Below, one piece after another: positions 51,307 to 64,000 of a DNA stretch of 64,000 nt. Source of the DNA: Chloroflexota bacterium (GTDB lineage Bacteria > Chloroflexota > Limnocylindria > Limnocylindrales > CSP1-4); NCBI GenBank assembly GCA_021802825.1, contig JAJZRG010000014.1, forward strand, positions 1,133 to 65,132. The letters run 5' to 3'. The stretch's first letter is position 1. Each line of letters opens with the position of its first letter. The position numbers and the translations under genes are program-made. Below the pieces are notes generated by a model. That model was not told the origin of the DNA. It searched no databases and was given only the letters and a program-made list of their open reading frames with translations.

Positions 51307-51578
51307 TACGAGGCAGGCTCGTGCAGTAGCGCCAGTCAGGCGGGCGATCCCACCGCCTACGAGCCCACCTCGTGCAGCAGCGCCGGACTGGCCCAAGAGG
51401 CCCCGCCTACGAGTCCACCTCGTGCTCGGTGCAGCGCCCCCGCCAGCGACGCGCCGAACACGAAGCCACGTCGTCAGCGGAGCAAAGGGGCCCCGATTCA
51501 GCGCCCAAGACGCGGCCCGCACGCACTGCGAGGTCGCCGCGCGCGGTGGCCAGCGGCGTTGTACGAACCACCTTCGTA
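51307..51578. repeat. ~51-bp periodic array of 17-bp palindromic cores
   Basis: YACGAR-N5-(C/T/G)TCGTN cores start at 51307, 51358, 51408, 51459 and 51562. Confidence 0.6.
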
Positions 51579-52277
51579 ACCGGGCCCCAGCGGCGCTGCC
51601 GGCAGCGGCGCCGCCAGCAGCGTGGGCGCCCAGCGCGGGCGCCCACGTTCCCGGCGCCCACGTTCCCAGCGCCCTCGCCGGGCAGGGCTCCGGGTCGAGC
51701 AGGGTGCGGCCGGCCAGGGCCCCGGGTCGAGCAGAGGCCCAGCGGCCGAGCAGGATCCCAGGAGCCGGGCAGGCCCCAGCGGCCGGGCAAGGCCCAGAAC
51801 AGGCCAGCCGTCAGGCGGAGCCGCTCGGACGCCTCCTGGTGGCCGACGGTCCCGCGCAGGCGCTCGGTCCATGCGCGCAGCGGCCGGGCCACCCAGGCCG
51901 CAGCGGGCCACCCCTGAGCCGGCGGCCAGAGCCCGCGGGGGCGCACCGAGGCGAACCCGAGACGCCGGCATGCGCGGCCCGGCCGGGCCGCGGGCAGTAC
52001 GCTGGCTCGCCGAGCAGCACGATGGGCGACGCGACCGCGCCATGGCAAGGCCGAGCCGTCGCCGCGACCAGGGCCGAAACCCAGGCGGCGGAACTGGGCA
52101 GCGGGCATAGCCCCGATCCGGCGAGCGCCAGCACCCCGCCGCCTTCCAGCCTGGCGTCCCGGAGCCATCGCGTCACGTCGACGAGCTGACCACCCCGAGA
52201 TGATCGCCCACGCCGAGAACTCGTCGGGATTGCAGCAGACGAGCAGCCTGCGTTCGTGGCTGCTGACTGAGTCGGCC

Positions 52278-53033
52278 CTACGCCGCCCGCGCGCGCTCCG
52301 CCCGGTCGAAGCTGACGCCTCGGTCGCGCAGGCTCACCCACGCGTCGTGGCCGACGACGACATGGTCGAGCACCTCGATGTCGAGCAGGCGGCCCGCCGC
52401 GATCGCCTCTGCCGTCAGGTGGAGGTCGTCGGGCGAGGGCGTGGGGTCGCCCGACGGGTGGTTATGAACGAGGATGACCCCCGAGGCGTCGAGGCGGACG
52501 GCGTCCCGGAACAGCTCGCCGACGCGGACGAGGCTGGCCGAGACGTTCCCGACGTACGAGGTGGACACGCGCTGGACCACGTTCTTCGCGTTGAGGCTCA
52601 GCACCCGCAGCTCCTCGCGCTCGAGCCGGCCCATCTCGACGAGCAGTCGCTCAGCCACGTCCCGGGGGGAGCGGATCGTCCAGTGGCCGACCGGCCAGTC
52701 CGCGACCGAGCGGCGGCCGAGCTCGAAGGCGGCGGACAGCCGGGCCGCCTTGGCAGCGCCGACACCCGGGATCACCGCCAGCTCGGCGTCGCTGGCCCGC
52801 GCCATGGCCCCCACGCTCGCGTGACGCGCGAGGGCGTCCTGAGCCACGTCAACGGCGCTCCGCCCGCCGCCGCCCGTCCCCAGCACGACGGCGATCAGCT
52901 CCGCCGCCGAGAGCCCGCCGGGGCCGCGCAGGGCGAGCCGCTCGCGGGGGCGCTCGGCGGCGGGGATGTCCCGGATCGACCGCGCGGACCGCCGGTGCTC
53001 GGGTGCGCTCGGGACGGGATCGTCGATGGACAT
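52278..53033 (-). CDS. radC: RadC family JAB-domain protein (UPF0758)
   Basis: ERPRERL, IPGVGAAKA, EREELRVL, HNHPSGDPTPSPDD, LDHVVVG; AGGAGG RBS. Confidence 0.96.
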   Translation of the reverse strand: MSIDDPVPSAPEHRRSARSIRDIPAAERPRERLALRGPGGLSAAELIAVVLGTGGGGRSAVDVAQDALARHASVGAMARASDAELAVIPGVGAAKAARLSAAFELGRRSVADWPVGHWTIRSPRDVAERLLVEMGRLEREELRVLSLNAKNVVQRVSTSYVGNVSASLVRVGELFRDAVRLDASGVILVHNHPSGDPTPSPDDLHLTAEAIAAGRLLDIEVLDHVVVGHDAWVSLRDRGVSFDRAERARAA

Positions 53034-53084
53034 GCGCCGGGCCTCCTGGCCGGCGGGCCGATGTCGCGAGGCTCGGCGATGGTG

Positions 53085-53145
53085 GTGTCCCGGACCCGGA
53101 CGACGGAAGCCCGCCGATTCCTCCCGCCATCCGGATCCGGAACAC
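53085..53145 (-). other. 25-bp RNA hairpin (5 G.U pairs, 11-nt loop) in the radC leader
   Basis: Arms GUGUUCCGGAUCCGGAUGGCGGGAG and CUUCCGUCGUCCGGGUCCGGGACAC pair fully only on the minus strand; TAGGCT lies just upstream. Confidence 0.7.
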
Positions 53146-53454
53146 GACGAAGCCTACGGATCGGTCCTTAGCCGTGGCTCACGCGGTGATTGGCGGCGGC
53201 TTTCGGTCTGGAGGCGAGCCGCCAACGACGTCGGTTCGCCCCGCTGGGACGCACCTCCAACTCGCCTGTGTGTCAAATGGCGAGAAACCGCGCACGGGCG
53301 ACGCACGATGCCCGGGTTTGCTCGTCGGCCCACGCTCGACACCGGCCGGACTGACCCTGCAGCGAGTTGCGGGGGCAGGAGCCGGTGGCCGCCCGGCGGG
53401 GGCCGGAGCCCGTGGCCGCGCGGCGGGGGCAGGAGCGGCGCGAGCAGAAGCCCG

Positions 53455-54588
53455 TCACTGGCGCCCGGTGAGCACCACGAACGCCAGCACCAACTGGAGC
53501 GCATTGAACATCGCGTGGAGCCCGAGCGAGGCCCAGATCGACCGCCGGGCCAGGAACACCCAGCCCAGCGCGATCCCCGCCGGCAGCAGTGCCACGAACT
53601 CGGTCAGGGCGGCCCCGGCGCCGCTGGCGAAGGAGGGCGAGAACAGCGTGGCGACGTGTGCGAACGAGAAGAACAGGGCGCCACGTAGGATCGCCGCCCG
53701 GACCCCGACCGCACGCGCCCAGGCAGTGGTGGTGTAGCCGCGGAAGAACAGCTCCTCGCCCAGCGGCGCCAGGACCGAGGCCGACACCAGGTTGAGCAGG
53801 AGCGCGCCCACGGAGGTCGCGGCGGGCAGCGGGCTCGCGGCCTGGGGCAGGAACCTGGCCAGGATCGCGGCCAGCACGAGCGTCAGGGCGAGCACGGGTA
53901 GCGCGAGCATCGCGCCCGACGCTAGGTCGGCCAGCGCGCCCGGCACCGGTCGCGAGAACCCGATCTCGGCCCAGCTGAGGGCCCCGGTCCCCACCACCAG
54001 CGTCCGCACGACGAGCACGAAGACAAGCGTCGTGACCGCGAGTGAGATCGCCGTCCCGGGCGGGCCGCTGGGGTCGAGACCCAACGCCGACAGCGGCGCC
54101 AGGACCACGAGCAGGGCCAGCAGCGACACCGTCACGACCACTCCGAACGCCAGCACGGGCGATGGCCCGTGGAACGGCGCTGACGCCCGCCGGCTCCGCT
54201 CGATCGCCTGCGACCCGGCCGACGCCATGAGCCCCACCGTGAGCAGCGCCAGTCCCGCCACGAAGAGCCAGCCGGCGAACGGGTTGCGCGACCCCATGAA
54301 TGAGATGGCGAGCGCACCCGCGCCGAGGATCGACGCGATCCAGCCGACCAGATATATCGCCGGGACGACACGTCCCGTGAGTCCGAACAGCGTCAGCTGC
54401 GGCTGGCCGTCCGCATCGAGTTGCTGCGGGGCCTCGTTGACACCGGCGGGTCCGGCGTTGTCGGGATCGGCCCGAGAACTTTCTCGACCGGCATCCTCGG
54501 ACCGAGCGCCGCCATTAGCCGAAGCCGCCCGGTCAGGGGGTGCGGCGCGGTCAGGCACCCCCGGCTCCGGGAGGTGGGGCTCGGTCAA
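53455..54588 (-). CDS. CPBP (Abi/CAAX) intramembrane metalloprotease
   Basis: LAPLGEELFFRG, FFSFAH, LHAMFN, multiple TMs; TTG overlaps the upstream stop. Confidence 0.9.
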   Translation of the reverse strand: MTEPHLPEPGVPDRAAPPDRAASANGGARSEDAGRESSRADPDNAGPAGVNEAPQQLDADGQPQLTLFGLTGRVVPAIYLVGWIASILGAGALAISFMGSRNPFAGWLFVAGLALLTVGLMASAGSQAIERSRRASAPFHGPSPVLAFGVVVTVSLLALLVVLAPLSALGLDPSGPPGTAISLAVTTLVFVLVVRTLVVGTGALSWAEIGFSRPVPGALADLASGAMLALPVLALTLVLAAILARFLPQAASPLPAATSVGALLLNLVSASVLAPLGEELFFRGYTTTAWARAVGVRAAILRGALFFSFAHVATLFSPSFASGAGAALTEFVALLPAGIALGWVFLARRSIWASLGLHAMFNALQLVLAFVVLTGRQ

Positions 54589-55205
54589 GGCTCCGGCAGC
54601 GTCCCCGGAGCGCCTGAGCTGCCCTTGGGCGCACGGCGCTGCGCCTGGGTCATCGCTGCGGGTGGCGGCGGCGCATCGAGGCGCATCCGATCCGGCGAGC
54701 TGGGCAGCGACTCGAGGGAGGCACGGTCAACGCGGTCGAAGTCACGCCCGCACCAAGCGCACAGCTCCCAGTCGAGCCCGACAAGCCGACCGCAGCTCGC
54801 GCACACCTTGTTGAGGCGGGTTCGACAGGTGGGGCACACGATCCACTCGTCGTTGACGCGTCGCCGGCAGACCGGACAGGACCTGACCGCCTCGACTTCG
54901 GCGAGCAGCGCCTCTTCGGCCAGATTGCGCTCGTAGACATCGCCGATCTTCTCCTGCGGCCGGATGATCCGGTAGACGATCAGCCCGAACGGGAAGAAGA
55001 CGTTGAACAGCACGATCATCGCTGCCGCCAGGTACGGCAGGATCGGGTTGTCGCTCCGCAGCTGCATGTCCCGGAACGCCCAATAGGCGTAGGCCAGCCA
55101 CAGGATGAGGTAGAAGAGGATGACGGCCTGGATCGCCAGATGGACGACCGGGCTGCCGAAGAAGCCCCCGATCGCGTCCGTGATCTGGGTGAGGATGTCA
55201 GTCAT
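54585..55205 (-). CDS. Membrane protein with double zinc ribbon
   Basis: Two TMs (YWAFRD...R motif), then CPVC, CPTC, CASC, CAWC. Confidence 0.88.
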   Translation of the reverse strand: MTDILTQITDAIGGFFGSPVVHLAIQAVILFYLILWLAYAYWAFRDMQLRSDNPILPYLAAAMIVLFNVFFPFGLIVYRIIRPQEKIGDVYERNLAEEALLAEVEAVRSCPVCRRRVNDEWIVCPTCRTRLNKVCASCGRLVGLDWELCAWCGRDFDRVDRASLESLPSSPDRMRLDAPPPPAAMTQAQRRAPKGSSGAPGTLPEP

Positions 55206-55344
55206 GCGGCGGCGGATGGCCTCCAGAGCGCGACGAACCCCGTCGCGACAGCGTGGCGGAGTGTAACAGCACAGCTCGCCGGAACACGGCGATCCCTCCC
55301 CGACGCGTCACCGCCGGCCGAGGTGACGACCCATCCCGAATCGG

Positions 55345-56334
55345 TCATGCACTGTTCGAATCGGTCATGCCCTGCGCCCCCTCCATGGTGAGGAGCGCAG
55401 CTCGGAACGCGGAGCCGAACCCCGCCAGCACGAGGCAGCCGAGCCAGATGGACACCCACATGACGGTCACGCCGATCCCCAGCGGTGAGGCCGGGGCGAG
55501 CTCGAGCACCTCGCGGACCCGGGTCCACGCGACCGCAGACGCCACCAGCGACGGTCCGGCGGCGACCGCCACGACGACGTCGCCGAGCAGCGCGGCGGGG
55601 ATGACCCGGTAGGGTCGCCGGACGAGGTCCGCCCAACCGAGCAGCCACGCGGTGACAAGCCGCCGCCGCTCGACGATGAGCCGCCGGACCGCGAGTGCGG
55701 CCGCGAGGTCGGCGGCGCCCCACACCAGGAGCAGCATCGTCAGCTGGACCGGCAGCTGGGCGACGACCCGGACGGGGAGTGGCGTGACGAGGTCCTCGGG
55801 GAGGATCAGCTCACGGTAGGTCACCGCGTACAGCGTCGGCCAGGCGAGGATGAACACGATCAGCGGCGGGATCATCGCGGTGAGCCGAATGACGGCCACT
55901 CGCAGGACGGCGGGCAGTGACGCGAGCTGAGGCACCGGGGCCGTGTAGCCCTCCTCCTCGCCCGCGACCAGCACCATGGCGATCCCCCGCCGCTCCGCCC
56001 AGGCCCCAGCGACGAGCCCCCCGACGAACACGATCGTCGCCGTGATCGCAGTCACCGCCAGCAGCCGCATGAACTCGCCCGACGGGCTGCCGAACGCGAG
56101 CGTGGCGACGGGCGCGCCGAGGATGTTCTGGAGCCCCGACGGCGTGGGCAGGACGAGGATGGGCCAGGCGAGCGCGATCACGCCGCCCCCGGCGAGGAAC
56201 CCCGCGAGGGCGACGACCCACGTCGCCGGCCGGCTGAGCGTGATGACCAGCGCGGCCACGAGAGCCCGGCACCAGGTCAGGCGCCGGTCGATCGGCCTCG
56301 GGGACGACGAGGGCGACGCGGTGGCTGGCGACAC
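55345..56334 (-). CDS. Hypothetical multi-pass membrane protein
   Basis: About six hydrophobic segments, coding-like codon pattern, 4 nt after the UPF0182 stop. Confidence 0.75.
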   Translation of the reverse strand: MSPATASPSSSPRPIDRRLTWCRALVAALVITLSRPATWVVALAGFLAGGGVIALAWPILVLPTPSGLQNILGAPVATLAFGSPSGEFMRLLAVTAITATIVFVGGLVAGAWAERRGIAMVLVAGEEEGYTAPVPQLASLPAVLRVAVIRLTAMIPPLIVFILAWPTLYAVTYRELILPEDLVTPLPVRVVAQLPVQLTMLLLVWGAADLAAALAVRRLIVERRRLVTAWLLGWADLVRRPYRVIPAALLGDVVVAVAAGPSLVASAVAWTRVREVLELAPASPLGIGVTVMWVSIWLGCLVLAGFGSAFRAALLTMEGAQGMTDSNSA

Positions 56335-56338
56335 CGGC

Positions 56339-59749
<3,411 letters not shown>

Positions 59750-59841
59750 GGGACCGAGTCTAGCCCCGACGGGTCGCGTGGGCGGGCTCAACCGCCATTC
59801 GTGCGGCGTTTGTCGGGCCCGCGCGAGGCCGACATGCCCCG

Positions 59842-60300
59842 TCAGCCCCCGTTCAGCGACTCGACCGCGCGCCGGAAGGCGGCGAGCACGCGGTCGGCCA
59901 GCCGGTTGGCGCCCAGCGTCGCGGCGAGGGCGGGCTCGAACTGGAAGGCCGTCCGGATGGCGATCGGGCAGCGCCACGGGCGTGCGTCGTCCTCGGGCGG
60001 ATAGAGCGGCGCCAGGCGGATCGACCACCGGCCGTCCACCTCGCGGATGAGTCCGGAGAGGTTGCCCGCCAGCGCCGGCCCGAGGTGCTGGAGCGGTGGC
60101 TCGGGCGGCGGGCCCGCATCGGGCGCCACCTCCCGGAAGCTGACCACGCCCTCGGCGTCGGTGACCCACAGCACGGCGAGCCACCAGTCGTCGGGGCCGT
60201 CCACGGGACGGTTCATCCCCGCAGTCAGGCGGCGGTCGCCAATGCGGACCTCGTGCTCGCGGATGTACGAGGGGCCGGGGAGGGGCAGGCGTTCGGGCAC
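59842..60300 (-). CDS. Hypothetical protein (152 aa), probably leaderless
   Basis: Globular-looking composition (DDWWLAVLWV, PWRCP); TATCCT 7 nt before GTG. Confidence 0.75.
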   Translation of the reverse strand: MPERLPLPGPSYIREHEVRIGDRRLTAGMNRPVDGPDDWWLAVLWVTDAEGVVSFREVAPDAGPPPEPPLQHLGPALAGNLSGLIREVDGRWSIRLAPLYPPEDDARPWRCPIAIRTAFQFEPALAATLGANRLADRVLAAFRRAVESLNGG

Positions 60301-60365
60301 GGAGGCGAGGATACCGTCCGCGGCGTCCCGATCCCGCCACCGTGGCCCAGCCGAACGCGCCGATG

Positions 60366-60503
60366 GTCACCCACAGCCACCGCCGCGACTTGACCTCGCG
60401 GGACCCCTCGAGGAGCCAGGGGGCTCACGGTCCTGGGCCCTCGACGTGGTCGTGAGTCAGCACAGCATCAAACGCAGCTTCGCGGATCACGCCTCACGGT
60501 GCG
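60366..60503 (-). ncRNA. ssrS: 6S RNA-like (possibly Ms1-like) structured RNA
   Basis: Intergenic rod: closing stem (CACC/GGUG, CCGCG/CGCGG), central bubble with GUUUGA, apical stem UGAC..GACC..UCGAGG..CCAGG / CCUGG..CCUCGA..GGUC..GUCA; 3' end GGCGGUGGCUGUGGG. Confidence 0.5.
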
Positions 60504-60627
60504 AGGCTCGGGTTTGGCGCGGCACGCTCGAACAGCGCGGCCCAGAACGAGTCGGTCGTGACTCAGAACGGCCAGAGGGCCAGCGGGACGCGGGAACGGA
60601 GCCGGGGCCTTCCGGCGACCCGGGCCG

Positions 60628-61170
60628 TCAGGCCTTCGACGGCCCCGCGTCGGGCTTGGCCTCTTCGTGCTGCGGCGCAGTCGGCGAGAGCGGATCGTCG
60701 GGGTCTATCGTGCGACCCTCGACCTCGGACTGGTACGCCGCCTCGGCCTCCTCCTCGATCTCGCTGAGCTGGTCGAGGTGGATGCCCCGCTCGGCCAGCA
60801 CGTCCGAGCGCAGCGCCACGGTCTCGGCGACGGCGTCGGCCTGCTCGGCCTGGAGCTGGAGGCGCAACATCTCGCGCCGCACCCTGTCGTCGGGCGGGGC
60901 CAGCGAGCCGGCCGACCCCACGCCCGCATCCTCCGGCAGGTCGCGCGCGGTCAGGAACCCGAGCAGCCCGCCCCGCGAACGGCCCGCGTCCGAGCGGGCG
61001 CGGAGGATCGCCTCGGGATCCAGGGCAGTCACGCCGGGGACATTCGGCTCGGACCCGGACGCGTGCACCAGCTGGGCCCCGCAGGAGGGGCACTTCTCGG
61101 CTGTGGCGTCAGGCAGGACGGCCGAACACCAGGGACAGTGGCTATCAGGCGGGCTCATCGGCTCGGACAT
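60628..61170 (-). CDS. Zinc-ribbon hypothetical protein
   Basis: CPWC...CPSCGA at the N-terminus, acidic helical C-terminus. Confidence 0.75.
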   Translation of the reverse strand: MSEPMSPPDSHCPWCSAVLPDATAEKCPSCGAQLVHASGSEPNVPGVTALDPEAILRARSDAGRSRGGLLGFLTARDLPEDAGVGSAGSLAPPDDRVRREMLRLQLQAEQADAVAETVALRSDVLAERGIHLDQLSEIEEEAEAAYQSEVEGRTIDPDDPLSPTAPQHEEAKPDAGPSKA

Positions 61171-61224
61171 GCGCGCATTGTGAACCCCCAGCAGATGGAT
61201 TTCACCCCTGACTTCGCTGGTACA

Positions 61225-63078
61225 TCACTCCCACTCGATGGTCGCGGGCGGCTTGCTGCTGATGTCGTACACGACGCGATTGACGCCCGGCACCTCGTTG
61301 ACGATCCGCGAGCTGATCTTGCCCAGCACGTCATAGGGCAGCTTGGCCCAGTCGGCCGTCATGCCGTCCTCGGACGTGACCGCACGGATGGCCACGACGT
61401 TCGCGTATGTCCGGCCGTCGCCCATCACGCCGACGCTCCGGACCGGCGTCAGGATCGCGAACGACTGCCACACGCTCCGGTACAGGTTGGCGGCCTTGAT
61501 CTCGTCGATGACGATCCAGTCGGCGTCCCGCAGCGTGTCGAGGCGCTCGGCCGTGACCTCGCCGATGATGCGGATGGCGAGGCCCGGGCCCGGGAACGGC
61601 TGGCGCTGGACCATCGCTTCGGGCAGGCCGAGCTCCGCGCCCACCAGGCGGACCTCGTCTTTGAACAGGTAGCGCAGCGGCTCGATCAGCTGGAAGCGGA
61701 GGTCGGCCGGCAGTCCCCCGACGTTGTGGTGAGTCTTGATCTTCTGGGCGGTCTTGGTCTCGGACGTCGCCGATTCGATGACGTCCGGGTAGAGCGTGCC
61801 CTGGGTAAGGAAGTCGATCCGGCCCAGCTTGGCCGCCTCCTCCTCGAACACCCGGATGAACTCGTCGCCGATGATCCGCCGCTTCTGCTCGGGGTCCGTG
61901 ACGCCGGCGAGGCGGGCGAGGAACCGCTCGCGGGCATCGACCATGACCAGGCGCATGCCGAGGTTGGCCTCGAACGTGACGCGCAGGAGCTCCGACTCCT
62001 TCTTGCGCATCAGCCCGTGGTCAACGTAGATGCAGGTCAGCCGATCCCCCACTGCGCGGTGGACGAGTGCTGCCGCAACCGCCGAATCCACGCCGCCCGA
62101 CAGCGCGCAGATCACCTTGCCGTCGGACCCGGTCTCGCGGGCGTGCCTGCCCACGCGCTCGCGGATGCCGTTGACCGTCGTCTCGATGAAGTTGGCGGGC
62201 GTCCAGGCGGGCAGCACGTTGGCGATGCCGGTGACGAAGTTGCGCAGCACCTGCTTGCCGCGCGGCGTGTGGGCGACCTCGGGGTGGAACTGGATGCCGT
62301 ACAGGTTGCGGCCGGGGGCAACCAGGCCGGCGAATGGAGTCGAATCCGTCTGGGCGGTCGAGACGAACCCCTCCGGCAGGCGCGTGATCGAATCGCCGTG
62401 GCTCATCCAGACCGGCTGCTCGCGGTCGAGCCCGCCGAACAGGGCGTCGTCGCTCGTGATCCGGACGCTGGCCGGGCCGTACTCGCGGCGCGCGGCAGGC
62501 ATTACGTCTCCGCCCAGCTCCAGCGCCATCAGCTGGGCGCCGTAGCAGATGCCGAGCACCGGGATTCGGCCGCTCCAGATGGACGCGTCGGCCTTCGGGG
62601 CGCCCTCGTCGTAGACCGAGTTGGGGCCGCCCGACAGAATGATCGCGCGGACGCCGCGGCGCTCCAGCTCGGCCAGGGGCGTGTCGTGGGGAAGGAGCTC
62701 GGAGTAGACGTTGAGCTCGCGGACGCGGCGTGCGATGAGCTGGGCGAACTGGCTGCCGAAGTCGAGGACCGCGACGACGCCAGGCTCGGGCTGGAGCGCG
62801 GCGAGCGGCGGGTCCGTGGGCACCCGCTCGGGCGCCGGCGCGTCAAGCGCGACCTCGAGATAGGCCTCCACCTCGGCATCGTCGGGCGCCAGGACGCGGT
62901 GGCCCGCGTTCGCCGCCTCGCCGTGGATCGTCTTGCCGCGCTCGGTGTCCGGCGCGGCAGCACCGCCAGGCGCGGCGGCGTCAGGCGCGGCGACGCCGGC
63001 AGACCCGCCCGCCTCCCTTTGGGCCGCGCCGACCGCGGCCCCTGACCCCGACTCCCGGTCCTCGCCCAACTCGGTCAA
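61225..63078 (-). CDS. guaA: GMP synthase (glutamine-hydrolysing)
   Basis: [50 protein letters not shown]; start uncertain (TTG 63078 after GGGAGG implies an N-terminal extension). Confidence 0.97.
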   Translation of the reverse strand: MTELGEDRESGSGAAVGAAQREAGGSAGVAAPDAAAPGGAAAPDTERGKTIHGEAANAGHRVLAPDDAEVEAYLEVALDAPAPERVPTDPPLAALQPEPGVVAVLDFGSQFAQLIARRVRELNVYSELLPHDTPLAELERRGVRAIILSGGPNSVYDEGAPKADASIWSGRIPVLGICYGAQLMALELGGDVMPAARREYGPASVRITSDDALFGGLDREQPVWMSHGDSITRLPEGFVSTAQTDSTPFAGLVAPGRNLYGIQFHPEVAHTPRGKQVLRNFVTGIANVLPAWTPANFIETTVNGIRERVGRHARETGSDGKVICALSGGVDSAVAAALVHRAVGDRLTCIYVDHGLMRKKESELLRVTFEANLGMRLVMVDARERFLARLAGVTDPEQKRRIIGDEFIRVFEEEAAKLGRIDFLTQGTLYPDVIESATSETKTAQKIKTHHNVGGLPADLRFQLIEPLRYLFKDEVRLVGAELGLPEAMVQRQPFPGPGLAIRIIGEVTAERLDTLRDADWIVIDEIKAANLYRSVWQSFAILTPVRSVGVMGDGRTYANVVAIRAVTSEDGMTADWAKLPYDVLGKISSRIVNEVPGVNRVVYDISSKPPATIEWE

Positions 63079-63197
63079 TGACCCCTCCCCGCGGTGCGCC
63101 GCGCTCGCTGCGAATGTTCGCGCCAGTCTACCGGCCCAACGGATGCGGTTCGAGGTCCCGAGACCCTCAAAGCGTCGTCGCCGTCGGCGCCGTCCAC

Positions 63198-63306
63198 GAC
63201 TCACTGTGGGGTTGAACCCCGGCTGCGCGCGCGTGGCTCGTGCACGAAACCCCCGTTCAGCGCTCCGGCCGTGCATGAAGGGTCACGATTCAACCCCCAC
63301 CTGAGT
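63198..63306. repeat. ~110-bp element bounded by imperfect inverted repeats (REP/MITE-like)
   Basis: actcactgtggggttgaacc at the left versus gattcaacccccacctgagt at the right. Confidence 0.5.
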
Positions 63307-63362
63307 TGCCTGGTGCTGGCCCACGCGGTGCTCGACCGAGCGACGAGCCAGTGCAAGTCCGT

Positions 63363-64000
63363 CTATTTCCCGCGCAGCTGCCAGGACTTGCCCTCGGTGA
63401 CGACCGAGGGCGCGTAGACGATCTCGACCCTGTGCATCTCGCTGATGGTCCGCGCGCCGAGGGCCGCCATCGACTGGCGAAGCGCGCCCATCAGGTTCTG
63501 CGTGCCGTCGGTGACGTGCGAGGGGCCGTTGAGGATCTGGTCGAGGGGGCCGACGGTTCCCACCTTGATCCGCGTGCCGCGCGGCAGGACCGGCGACGGG
63601 GCGGCCATGCCCCAGTTGGTGCCTCGGCCCGGCGCCTCGGCTGCGCGCGCAAGGGGTGAGCCCAGCATGACCGCATCGGCGCCCGACGCGATCGCCTTCG
63701 CGATGTCGCCGCCGCGCTTCATGCCCCCATCGGCAACCACCGGCACGTAGCGCCCGGTCTCGGCGAGGTAGGCGTCGCGGGCCGCCGCCACGTCGCACAC
63801 CGCGGTGACCTGCGGGATGCCGATGCCGAGCACCTCACGCGTCGTGCACGCGGCGCCCGGGCCCACGCCCACGAAGACCGCGGCGGCGCCCTGCTCCATC
63901 AGCGCGAAGGCGGCATCGGCGTTGGTCGTGTTGCCCACTGCGACCGGAATCGGCATCCGGCGCGTGAACTCATCGAGCGAGAGCGGGCTGTACCCGGAGG
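63363..64000 (-). CDS. guaB3: GuaB3-family IMP dehydrogenase-related protein, 5' part outside the window
   Basis: VGVGPGAACTTREVLGIGIPQVTA, VVADGGM, ADAVMLGSPLARA, NWGMA..SPVLPRGTR; adjacent to guaA. Confidence 0.92.
   Translation of the reverse strand, partial: SGYSPLSLDEFTRRMPIPVAVGNTTNADAAFALMEQGAAAVFVGVGPGAACTTREVLGIGIPQVTAVCDVAAARDAYLAETGRYVPVVADGGMKRGGDIAKAIASGADAVMLGSPLARAAEAPGRGTNWGMAAPSPVLPRGTRIKVGTVGPLDQILNGPSHVTDGTQNLMGALRQSMAALGARTISEMHRVEIVYAPSVVTEGKSWQLRGK

Noticed and set aside
51307-51578. Possible CRISPR array
   Set aside because: Conserved core only 17 bp and degenerate, no leader and no cas genes in the window; kept only as an unexplained periodic array.
52278-53033. radC as marker of an integrative element
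   Set aside because: Full-length chromosomal-type RadC near mreBC; no integrase, att site or conjugation genes.
55337-55370. 14-bp direct repeat cgaatcggtcatgc x2
   Set aside because: Small local duplication at a gene end; no sign of an inserted element.
60366-60503. SRP RNA or tRNA
   Set aside because: No SRP domain IV motif (CAGG...GGAA...AGCAG) and no cloverleaf or T-loop.
63079-63362. Purine, ZTP or PRPP riboswitch before guaA
   Set aside because: Consensus motifs of these aptamers were not recognised.

Overview
Very GC-rich bacterial chromosomal segment. Gene content and order suggest a monoderm Chloroflexota, probably Limnocylindria/Ellin6529-like (inference, not verified). Left ~12 kb is accessory or stress-type: AI-2E permease, DUF1269, an atypical orphan OmpR regulator, GlsB/YeaQ/YmgE protein, surface-anchored DUF3494 ice-binding protein, PadR, groES-groEL without CIRCE, an XRE regulator and two divergent RimK-type ATP-grasp ligases. 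Next is a core block (PPIase-mazG-rph-rdgB). A ~30 kb cell-surface glycan locus follows: WbpA/B/E/D/I-like diacetamido-uronic acid pathway, six GT4s, a GT2, methyltransferase, OafA-type O-acyltransferase, Wzm/Wzt, rmlA/B/D and a GH18 multidomain protein. Then come mreC-mreB, an FAD oxidoreductase, a decayed nucleotidyltransferase gene pair with a ~51-bp periodic palindrome array, radC, CPBP protease, UPF0182, a 6S-like RNA candidate, guaA and partial guaB3. Main observations: (1) an apparently unannotated ~165-aa domain shared by a GT4 C-terminus and the methyltransferase N-terminus; (2) a recurring 19-bp motif in the left 4.5 kb; (3) a 25-bp G.U-containing hairpin in the radC leader; (4) a nested triple-parvulin foldase; (5) an RBS-occluding hairpin upstream of the groESL unit. 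No CRISPR-Cas, rRNA, tRNA or intact mobile element was seen. All family calls come from motif recognition by eye; no database searches were run.
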